64,000 nucleotides of DNA, taken from positions 512,001-576,000 of the forward strand of contig CAZNTG010000006.1 of assembly GCA_964575955.1 (NCBI GenBank), in the 5' to 3' direction. The translations under genes were made by a program, and so were the position numbers. The notes beneath the pieces were generated by a model. That model had not been told where the DNA came from. It searched no databases and was given only the letters and a program-made list of their open reading frames with translations. Positions 28,210-36,043 of the stretch are shown here, in pieces. The DNA comes from an uncultured Thermoproteaceae archaeon (GTDB lineage Archaea; Thermoproteota; Thermoprotei; Thermoproteales; Thermocladiaceae). How positions within the stretch are numbered: the first letter of the stretch is position 1; each line of letters starts with the position of its first letter.

Positions 28210-30204
28210 TTAAGAACTTCCAAGTAGTCTACTAAACTCCTCGTAAGCTCTCTTAACTTCTTCAACACTAGCCTCATCCTCCAATGTTGATACATCTCCA
28301 AGTGGTTGACCTAGTAGTACTGCCTTTATTAGTCTCCTCATAATCTTTCCACTTCTAGTTTTTGGTAATTTAGTTACGAAGTATACTTCTGATGGTTCTG
28401 CTACAGGTCCAATAGTCTTTCTAACCCACATTTTCAACTCTTTTGCAAGTTCTGGTGATGGTGTATATCCTTGCTTAAGTACTACAAATGCTACAGGTAC
28501 CTCACCCTTCACGGGGTCTGGCTTACCTACAACAGCTGATTCTGCAACTGCTGGATGTTGTATTAATGCTGACTCTATCTCTGCAGTTCCAATTCTATGA
28601 CCAGCAACTTTCAAAACTTCATCAGCTCTACCTAGAACCCATATATACCCATCTTCATCTTTAATAGCGAAGTCACCACTATAGTATAGTAGTACTGGGA
28701 ATTTACTCCAGTAAGTCTTTATGTATCTGTCAGGATCTTTATATATTGTCAATAACATTCCTGGCCATGGTGTCTTAATTACTAGATAGCCCTTAACTCC
28801 AGGTGGGCATGGTTCACCTTTCTCATTTACAACATCTGCATCAACTCCTGGTATTGGCATTGCGTTTGTTCCTGGCTTTAGTGGAATTAGCTTTAGTCCT
28901 GGTGTGTGTGATATTAGTATTATTCCTGTCTCAGTCATCCACCATGTTGATGATGCTGCACAATCTTCATTACATAGATTCTTGAAATACCATCTCCATG
29001 CTTCTGGATTTATTGGTTCACCAACTGTGTGAGCTATTCTAAGTGTTGATAAGTCATGCTTCTTTATCCAATCTTCACCATATCTCATGAACATTCTAAT
29101 TGCTGTTGGTGATGTGTAGAATATTGTTACTCCGTATCTCTCAATTATTGACCACCACCTATCTGGTGCTGGATAGTCAGGTGCACCTTCATACCATATG
29201 AATGTTAATCCTACTAGTAGTGGTCCATATAGATTATATGAGTGTCCTGTTATCCATCCAATATCTGCAGTATTGAAGAATATGTCATCATCACGTACAT
29301 CAAATATCCACTTCATTGTTGCGTATAGACCTACAGCATATCCGCCAATATCATGTACTATTCCTTTTGGCTTACCTGTAGTTCCTGATGTGTATAGTAT
29401 GAATAGCATATCTTCACTCTTCATTCTTTCAGGTTCTACATACACGTTCTTTGGCACGTCTGCCATTAGTTCATCGAAGAAGTAGTCTCTTCCCTGAACC
29501 ATGTTTATATCTTTCAATCCTACCCTCCTTATCACTATAACTTTCTCAACTGTTGGACACTGTTTTACTGCTTCATCAACAATATCTTTCAATCTTAAAA
29601 TCTTTCCTCTCCTATACATTCCATCTGCAGTAACTACAATTCTAGATTCTGCATCTCTAATGCGTTCAGCAAGTGCTTGTGAACTAAATCCACTAAATAC
29701 TACACTATGTGCAGCACCTATTCTAACAGTCGCTAGTAGAAATGCTGCTAGTTCAGGAATCATTGGACAGTAGAATGTTATTATCTCACCTTTTCTAACT
29801 CCAAGCTTATTCTTCAACATGTATGCAATTCTATTAGTCTCTCTCCAAAGTTCGTAATATGTTAACTTCCTAACTTCTAGAGGCTCGCCCTTATCATCTA
29901 CAGGCTCTCCCTCCCATATTAATGCAATCTTATTCTTCCTACCCTGCTGAATTTGCCAATCAAGACATAGATAACTCATGTTTGTCTCAGCACCAACAAA
30001 CCACTTGTAGAATGGTGGATTTGAAGCATCTAGAACCTTATCCCACTTCTTAAACCATGGTAATTGTTCTGCTATTTTTGCCCAAAACTCTTCAATATTC
30101 TTAAGACTTTCTTCTCGTAGTTTCTTAAACTCTTCAATACTTACAGCTCTATCTCTCCAGCTCTTAGGTATGATCTTCTCACCAAATGGTAATGCTTCAG
30201 ACAT
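28210..30204 (-). CDS. acsA: Acetyl-CoA synthetase (AMP-forming)
   Basis: YTSGTTGKPKG, TADIGWITGHSY, VGEPINPEAW, WWMTETG, LPKTRSGKIMRR. Confidence 0.96.
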   Translation of the reverse strand: MSEALPFGEKIIPKSWRDRAVSIEEFKKLREESLKNIEEFWAKIAEQLPWFKKWDKVLDASNPPFYKWFVGAETNMSYLCLDWQIQQGRKNKIALIWEGEPVDDKGEPLEVRKLTYYELWRETNRIAYMLKNKLGVRKGEIITFYCPMIPELAAFLLATVRIGAAHSVVFSGFSSQALAERIRDAESRIVVTADGMYRRGKILRLKDIVDEAVKQCPTVEKVIVIRRVGLKDINMVQGRDYFFDELMADVPKNVYVEPERMKSEDMLFILYTSGTTGKPKGIVHDIGGYAVGLYATMKWIFDVRDDDIFFNTADIGWITGHSYNLYGPLLVGLTFIWYEGAPDYPAPDRWWSIIERYGVTIFYTSPTAIRMFMRYGEDWIKKHDLSTLRIAHTVGEPINPEAWRWYFKNLCNEDCAASSTWWMTETGIILISHTPGLKLIPLKPGTNAMPIPGVDADVVNEKGEPCPPGVKGYLVIKTPWPGMLLTIYKDPDRYIKTYWSKFPVLLYYSGDFAIKDEDGYIWVLGRADEVLKVAGHRIGTAEIESALIQHPAVAESAVVGKPDPVKGEVPVAFVVLKQGYTPSPELAKELKMWVRKTIGPVAEPSEVYFVTKLPKTRSGKIMRRLIKAVLLGQPLGDVSTLEDEASVEEVKRAYEEFSRLLGSS

Positions 30205-30332
30205 CGTCTACATATCTCAAGATGAGCTTTATTTACAATATTCGAAATCTATAATGAAAAAATGCTGTAATTATGACAGATGTTTAAGTTTATTAGGAAC
30301 AAAATTTAAACTAGAAAACACATATAACCTGC

Positions 30333-30881
30333 ATGCTAATACAGGCTGATGATTCAATACTAGTAATAATAGACGTTCAGGAAAAGCTGTTTAACGTAGT
30401 TCTAAATAGAGAAATAATGCTTAAAAATATACTAAAGCTAGTCAAAGTGTGTAAGATACTTAACATACCTATAGTAATTACAGAACAATATCCAAAAGGT
30501 ATGGGTAAGACAGTTAGAGAACTTGTTGAAGAACTCGGTCAATACTATAGACCTATAGAGAAGACAACTTTCAGCTGTTTTAGAACTGAAACATTTGTAA
30601 AAGAGCTGGAGCGTATTGGTAGAAAAACACTACTACTAGTAGGAATAGAACTTCACATATGTGTCTACCAGACAGCTATAGATGCTCTAGAAAGAGGATA
30701 TCATCCAGTAGTTATTTATGATGCAACATCATCAAGATTGGAGAAAGATTATGAAATATGTCTAAACAGGTTAATTATGAAGAATGTAGATGTAGCAACA
30801 ACAGATATGATAATCTTCGAACTTTTAAAAGATGCTTCAGATCCAAGATTTAAAGAGATCTTAAAAATAGTTAAAGAATAG
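30333..30881 (+). CDS. Isochorismatase-family cysteine hydrolase
   Basis: IIDVQEKL, TEQYPKGMG, EKTTFSC, GIELHICVYQT. Confidence 0.92.
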   Translation: MLIQADDSILVIIDVQEKLFNVVLNREIMLKNILKLVKVCKILNIPIVITEQYPKGMGKTVRELVEELGQYYRPIEKTTFSCFRTETFVKELERIGRKTLLLVGIELHICVYQTAIDALERGYHPVVIYDATSSRLEKDYEICLNRLIMKNVDVATTDMIIFELLKDASDPRFKEILKIVKE

Positions 30882-30902
30882 TAAAATCAATAGCAGTAAG
30901 GT

Positions 30903-31967
30903 ATGAATATACTTGACATAATTAGAAACTACTCACTAAAAGATATATCAATAGCAGTACTTGCAAGTCATTCAGCATTACAAATATTGAAAGGTGCTAG
31001 AGATGAAAATTTAAGAACTCTATTAATAGTTGAGAAAGATAGACTTGAATTATATGAAGAATTTAGTAATCTAGTTGATAAGTTTTTTATAGTTGAAAAA
31101 TTTAGAGATATTACGAAGATAGTAGATTTATTGAGAAAAGAAAATGCAATACTTATACCACATGGAAGCTCTGTCGAATATGTAGGCTCTGAAACATTTC
31201 TAAACATGCCAATACCAGTATTCGGAAATAGAAAGTTGATGATCTGGGAGAGTAGTCAGAAATTGAAGATGAAATTGCTTAGAGAAGCTGGAATTAAAGT
31301 TCCTAAAGAGTATAGTATAGAGGATGAGATTGATAGACCTGTAATTGTAAAACTTCCAGGAGCTAAAGGTGGTAAATATTTCTTTATAACAAACTCTAGA
31401 GAAGAGATTATTAGAAGAATTGAGAATTATGTTAAAAGTGGTATAGTTAACAATATTGAAGATGTATTAATACAGGAATATGTTATTGGAGTTCCAATGT
31501 ATTTTCACTACTTCTATAGTCCAATGTTTAACAGAGTTGAGATTTTGGGTATAGATATTAGATATGAGACAAATATTGATGGTCTTAAGAGATTTCCACT
31601 AATAGACAAGGTTAGTGTAGAACCAACATTTATAGTTGTTGGTAACATACCTGTAGTTATTAGAGAGAAGATGCTTCAAATAGTATTGAAGTATGGTAAG
31701 ATGTTTGTTGAAAAGAGTAGAGAACTTATACCACCAGGAGCTATAGGTCCATTTTGTCTTGAGAGTATTGTTGTTGATGATAATAATGTAGTTGTATTTG
31801 AGTTTAGTGGTAGAATTGTTGCAGGTACAAACATATACATTGGTTATGGTAGTCCTTATGGTTGGCTTTATTGGAATGAGCCTATGTACATGGGTAGGAG
31901 AATATGTAGAGAGATTAAGATAGCGTGTGAGAGAGGAATAAGGAATCTCGAGCTAATTCTTACATAG
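30903..31967 (+). CDS. purP: Formate--phosphoribosylaminoimidazolecarboxamide ligase (PurP family, ATP-grasp)
   Basis: ASHSALQI..GA, PHGS, GAKGG, RYETNIDG, GPFCLE, FEFSGRIVAGTN. Confidence 0.92.
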   Translation: MNILDIIRNYSLKDISIAVLASHSALQILKGARDENLRTLLIVEKDRLELYEEFSNLVDKFFIVEKFRDITKIVDLLRKENAILIPHGSSVEYVGSETFLNMPIPVFGNRKLMIWESSQKLKMKLLREAGIKVPKEYSIEDEIDRPVIVKLPGAKGGKYFFITNSREEIIRRIENYVKSGIVNNIEDVLIQEYVIGVPMYFHYFYSPMFNRVEILGIDIRYETNIDGLKRFPLIDKVSVEPTFIVVGNIPVVIREKMLQIVLKYGKMFVEKSRELIPPGAIGPFCLESIVVDDNNVVVFEFSGRIVAGTNIYIGYGSPYGWLYWNEPMYMGRRICREIKIACERGIRNLELILT

Positions 31968-31974
31968 CATAGTC

Positions 31975-31982
31975 TTTATATT
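31975..31982 (+). promoter_or_regulatory. TATA box of the nitrogenase-like operon (leaderless)
   Basis: TTTATATT about 24 nt upstream of ATG 32006, the same spacing as other leaderless genes here. Confidence 0.55.
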
Positions 31983-32005
31983 TTTTCTAAAAGAAACCTA
32001 CCTAT

Positions 32006-32878
32006 ATGAAGAAGATAGCTATATATGGCAAGGGTGGTATTGGTAAATCTACAATATCTACAAACATTGCAGCTGCACTCGCAGAAATGGGTCTCAAGGT
32101 GATGGTTGTAGGATGCGATCCTAAGACTGACTGCACCAGAAATCTCCATGGTGGTAAGATGATTAAACCACTACTTGAATATATGAGAGAGCTTGGTCTT
32201 TCTGAAGTTGATGTTTCAGAAATTATCACAGGTAAACAGATAACTCTAGAAGGATTGATTGAGAATAATGTTATTGTTAGAGGTTATAGAGATGTTATAT
32301 GTATAGAGGTTGGAGGCCCTGAACCAGGAATTGGATGTGCAGGTCGTGGAATAATACTTGGAATAGAAACATTGCAAAAAGTTGGAATATTCAACTACTT
32401 CAAACCTGACATAACAATATTTGACGTTCCCGGAGATATTGTATGTGGAGGTCTTGCGATGCCATTAAGAAGAGGATTTGCAGATCAGGTTTACATAGTT
32501 ACAAGTGCTGAATATCTACCACTACACGCAGCTAACAATCTACTCAAAGCTATTAAGAGATTTGCAAATAGAGGAGGTTCAAAACTTGGAGGTATAATAT
32601 ACAATGCTCGTGGACATATTGATAGACCTGAAATTGTAGAAAAATTTGCAGAAATTACAGGAACATCAGTAATATATAAGATACCAAAACTTCCAGAAAT
32701 TGTAGAGGCTGAAAGTAAGGCTAAGACAGTTATAGAGTATGCACCTGAAAGTTATGCAGCTAAAATTTTCAGAGAGCTAGCATATAAAATAGTGAACAAC
32801 AATAGACAAGATATTCCAAGACCATTAAAAAGTGAGGAACTTCATAAACTATATGTACAATATGTTGAACAACTATGA
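32006..32878 (+). CDS. Nitrogenase Fe protein homolog (NifH/NflH-like)
   Basis: YGKGGIGKST, GCDPK.D, EVGGPEPGIGCAGRGI (Cys97/Arg100 equivalents), DVPGDIVCGGLAMP (Cys132 equivalent), AANN, KLGGIIYN. Confidence 0.97.
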   Translation: MKKIAIYGKGGIGKSTISTNIAAALAEMGLKVMVVGCDPKTDCTRNLHGGKMIKPLLEYMRELGLSEVDVSEIITGKQITLEGLIENNVIVRGYRDVICIEVGGPEPGIGCAGRGIILGIETLQKVGIFNYFKPDITIFDVPGDIVCGGLAMPLRRGFADQVYIVTSAEYLPLHAANNLLKAIKRFANRGGSKLGGIIYNARGHIDRPEIVEKFAEITGTSVIYKIPKLPEIVEAESKAKTVIEYAPESYAAKIFRELAYKIVNNNRQDIPRPLKSEELHKLYVQYVEQL

Positions 32879-34320
32879 AAATCATAAACATACCATACGT
32901 ATCAGAAATTGCAAGTAAGATAACAGAAGCATTTCCATTTCACAATGCAGCATGTATAGATGGTAAAATACTTGGAGCATTATGGGCAATATACCAAATC
33001 CGTAATGTTTTACCTATAATTCATGGACCTATAGGATGTAGTTGGCAGAGAAAGTTTGCATTAATGGGTTCAGAAATACATTATTGGACTCCATGTACTG
33101 CATGGTCAGAAACTGAAGTTGTTTATGGTGGTGAGGAGAAACTTTACAAAGCTATAGTTGAAGCTTATGAAAAATTTAAACCAAAGATGATAGTTGTATT
33201 GACTACATGTGCATCAGACATGGTTGGTGATGATGTTGAATATGTTGTAGATAGAGCTAGAAAAGTTGTAAAATGTCCAATAGTATACTCAACAGGAGAT
33301 AAAGTTGGAAAAACTAGACAAGTAGGTTCACAAGACGTTCTATATAGCATAGTTGAACAATACGTAGTACCAAACTGTGAAAATGTAGAAATTGAAGATG
33401 GTACAGTGAACTTGATGACTATAGGTGGTGAGTATAGTAGAAGTATTGTTACAGAGCTAGAGGGAGTTTTAAAAGCTGCTGGATTGAGAGTAAACAAGAT
33501 ATATTTCGAAGATAGAGAAGTTGAAGAATTGTTAGAACTTGCTAAAGTTAGGGTTAACGTTGTACCATACTACCAAGTATGGGCTAGATATCTATCAGAT
33601 GTTAAAGGAGTTAGAGATTTTGTATTGATAAACTTTGAAGAGTACGATCTCGAAAAAGCATATCCATTAGGTTATGAAGCAGCAATAAATAAGATATTTG
33701 AAATATGTAAATTAGCTAATGTAGAACCTGACGAGAAATCTCTAGAAAGATTTTATAAACCAATGTTAGATAGATTTGAGAAAATTAAGCGTAGAGTTAG
33801 TGGATTGAAAGTATGTATTGAAAATGATTGGGGTACATGTATGTTATTTGCACTTAAACTTGGATTAAAGATTGAAGCATTAGTATTTTGGACAGAGCAG
33901 TATAGAGGTCATGGATATAGTGAATCTAGTATAAAAATGATGATTGATGGATATGTACAATACTTGAGACAGTATGGTCAAGATCCTGAAGTTATAGTAG
34001 ATGAGAAATTTGAAAATGTTATAGATAAAATTAAGAGGAGAAATATTGATCTAGTAATTACAGGATGGTGGAGCAAACCATTTAAATATCATAAAAATGG
34101 TGTAGTTGCAATATCTTCAAGAAATCTAAAACTATTCTTTGAATTTGGCCTAACACCACTCATAAATGCTGGAGAAGTTTTAATAAAGAAGATAGAGAAA
34201 GGAATACCAACAAATCCTGTAGTAGATATTGAAATTAATGAGAAACTTCCATATCTATCAAAAAGATGGGGTGAGCTAACACTACTATTTCACTTGAATA
34301 GATATGAAAAACCTGAGTGA
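32875..34320 (+). CDS. Nitrogenase component 1 alpha-like subunit (NifD/NifE/NflD-like)
   Basis: IHGPIGC, E.EVVYGGEEKL..AI, TTCASDMVGDDV; ATGA overlap with the nifH-like gene. Confidence 0.92.
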   Translation: MKIINIPYVSEIASKITEAFPFHNAACIDGKILGALWAIYQIRNVLPIIHGPIGCSWQRKFALMGSEIHYWTPCTAWSETEVVYGGEEKLYKAIVEAYEKFKPKMIVVLTTCASDMVGDDVEYVVDRARKVVKCPIVYSTGDKVGKTRQVGSQDVLYSIVEQYVVPNCENVEIEDGTVNLMTIGGEYSRSIVTELEGVLKAAGLRVNKIYFEDREVEELLELAKVRVNVVPYYQVWARYLSDVKGVRDFVLINFEEYDLEKAYPLGYEAAINKIFEICKLANVEPDEKSLERFYKPMLDRFEKIKRRVSGLKVCIENDWGTCMLFALKLGLKIEALVFWTEQYRGHGYSESSIKMMIDGYVQYLRQYGQDPEVIVDEKFENVIDKIKRRNIDLVITGWWSKPFKYHKNGVVAISSRNLKLFFEFGLTPLINAGEVLIKKIEKGIPTNPVVDIEINEKLPYLSKRWGELTLLFHLNRYEKPE

Positions 34321-35638
34321 GAATATGAATCTTATAGATCCAGTTCATGATTGTAGACTTGTTGGTGTTGTTCGTGCTGTGACTGGTATTCATGATTGTG
34401 CATTGATAATTCATGGAAGACCTGGATGCCATAGCGGACCTCTAGGACTTCAATCACAAACTTCAAGTCAAAGATATGTAAATGTTGTATATAGTGGACT
34501 TAGAAGTGAAGAGATGGTTACAGGAGGTGAAAAGAGGTTAAAGTTAGCTATTGAAAATGTGTATAAAGTTATGAAACCCAAACTCATAGTTGTTGCATCA
34601 GCATCTGCTGCAGGTATTATGGGTGATGATGTTGATGGAGTTATAGGCGAAATATCTAGTAGTGTAAAATGTAGAATAGTTCACATATCTGCATGTGGAT
34701 ATTCAGGTCCTGAATGGACGGGATATGAAGATGCGCTAGTGAAAATAGTTGAAACAGTTTTGGAAGAGTATAAATCTAGACAAAGTTTTGAGAAGACTAA
34801 GAATAGAATATCAATAGTCGGCTTCCATCCTGATGAACCATTCTGGAGAGGTGATCTACAGGAACTTATAAATATACTTAAAGAAATACTCAATGTAGAT
34901 ATTAGTGTAGTCTTAAATTGGTGTTCTATAGAAGAAATATCAAATATAGTAAATAGCGATCTTGTAGTAGTTCTTGGTGGTGATGGTTTGAGTGTTGCAG
35001 ATTATTTAAAGAAAAATTTCAACATAGAATACATAGTAACACCATACCCAATAGGAATTAAGAATACTATAGACATGATATATAGTATAAGCTCTAAACT
35101 AGGTATTGATATTAATACAAAGAAGTTAGAAGCTTATGAAAAATATGTTAGAGACATTATAGAAGATTTTCAAACATATGTTGAAGGTATTTACGGAAAT
35201 GTTAGGTGTGTCATAGTTGGTGAAAGCTCTAGAGCATTTAGTTTAGCAAATTTCTTACTAAATGAGTTAGATTTCGATATTGAATATATCGGTATTAGAA
35301 GTAGAAACTATGTAACAGATAGTGAATTGTTAAAATGGAAGAATTCAGAAATTCTAAATGATAGATATGAACTTTATAAAAAGATCTTGGAAATATCTCC
35401 AGAGGTAGTATATGGTTCAACATTTGAGAGAGATATAGCATTGAGATGTGGATGTGCACTAGTTAGATATTGCTACCCAACTCTAGATAGAGTATACATG
35501 AGTGATAGAACTATAGTTGGATTTAGAGGAGCAATAACATTAATAGAAGAAACTATAAATGAGATGTTAAATATGCAAGAAAAGACAGAACTTGCATATC
35601 TATCAAAGATGAATGATACAAAACTACTTGAGAGATGA
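34304..35638 (+). CDS. Nitrogenase component 1 beta-like subunit (NifK/NifN-like)
   Basis: DP..DC...G, IHGRPGC, EMVTGGEKRL..AI, IMGDDV, PYPIGIKNT, GSTFE, YP..DR...RTIVGFRGA. Confidence 0.92.
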   Translation: MKNLSENMNLIDPVHDCRLVGVVRAVTGIHDCALIIHGRPGCHSGPLGLQSQTSSQRYVNVVYSGLRSEEMVTGGEKRLKLAIENVYKVMKPKLIVVASASAAGIMGDDVDGVIGEISSSVKCRIVHISACGYSGPEWTGYEDALVKIVETVLEEYKSRQSFEKTKNRISIVGFHPDEPFWRGDLQELINILKEILNVDISVVLNWCSIEEISNIVNSDLVVVLGGDGLSVADYLKKNFNIEYIVTPYPIGIKNTIDMIYSISSKLGIDINTKKLEAYEKYVRDIIEDFQTYVEGIYGNVRCVIVGESSRAFSLANFLLNELDFDIEYIGIRSRNYVTDSELLKWKNSEILNDRYELYKKILEISPEVVYGSTFERDIALRCGCALVRYCYPTLDRVYMSDRTIVGFRGAITLIEETINEMLNMQEKTELAYLSKMNDTKLLER

Positions 35639-35684
35639 TGTAAAATCCGGTTCGCTGATATATGACGAAAAGGCCCGTATCTGA
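35635..35684 (+). ncRNA. Box C/D methylation guide sRNA (probable 16S rRNA targets)
   Basis: ATGATGT-AAAATCCGGTTCG-CTGA-TAT-ATGACGA-AAAGGCCCGTAT-CTGA; the first guide is complementary to conserved 16S CGAACCGGAUU. Confidence 0.88.
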
Positions 35685-36026
35685 CTAAAATTCTACCTCT
35701 ATACTCACTAATGTATATAGTCCAAATCTTATGAGTGTGTTTTTCATCAATGTTATCTCACTAATTCTGTAGGGTATGCCATTTTCTATTATGTATGTAC
35801 CATTTTTACTTCCAAGATCTTTCAATACTATGTTACTACCTTCCTGAAATATAGATGCGTGTTTTCTAGATACTGATGGGTCTGGTATTATTATTGTATT
35901 TTCTGGACTTCTACCTATAGTTATTTCTCTAAATGATTGTATATGTATATAGAGTTCGTATCCACATAGTTTTTGTAGGGTTGTTTCTATAAACTTAATT
36001 TTGAGTAGTGGTTTTGGTATATGCAT
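35685..36026 (-). CDS. Stand-alone FHA domain protein
   Basis: TIGRS..N, VSRKHA, DLGSKNGT. Confidence 0.92.
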   Translation of the reverse strand: MHIPKPLLKIKFIETTLQKLCGYELYIHIQSFREITIGRSPENTIIIPDPSVSRKHASIFQEGSNIVLKDLGSKNGTYIIENGIPYRISEITLMKNTLIRFGLYTLVSIEVEF

Positions 36027-36043
36027 ACTTAATCTTGATTATT

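Noticed and set aside
32006-35638. Bona fide N2-fixing nitrogenase (nifHDK)
   Set aside because: No recognisable FeMo-co ligands, an incomplete P-cluster Cys set, and no nifB/E/N or nifI in the window.
32006-35638. CfbCD (F430 synthesis) or DPOR/COR
   Set aside because: There are two distinct 444-481 aa subunits rather than one short CfbD, and no cfb, mcr or bch context. A phylogeny is needed to exclude these formally.
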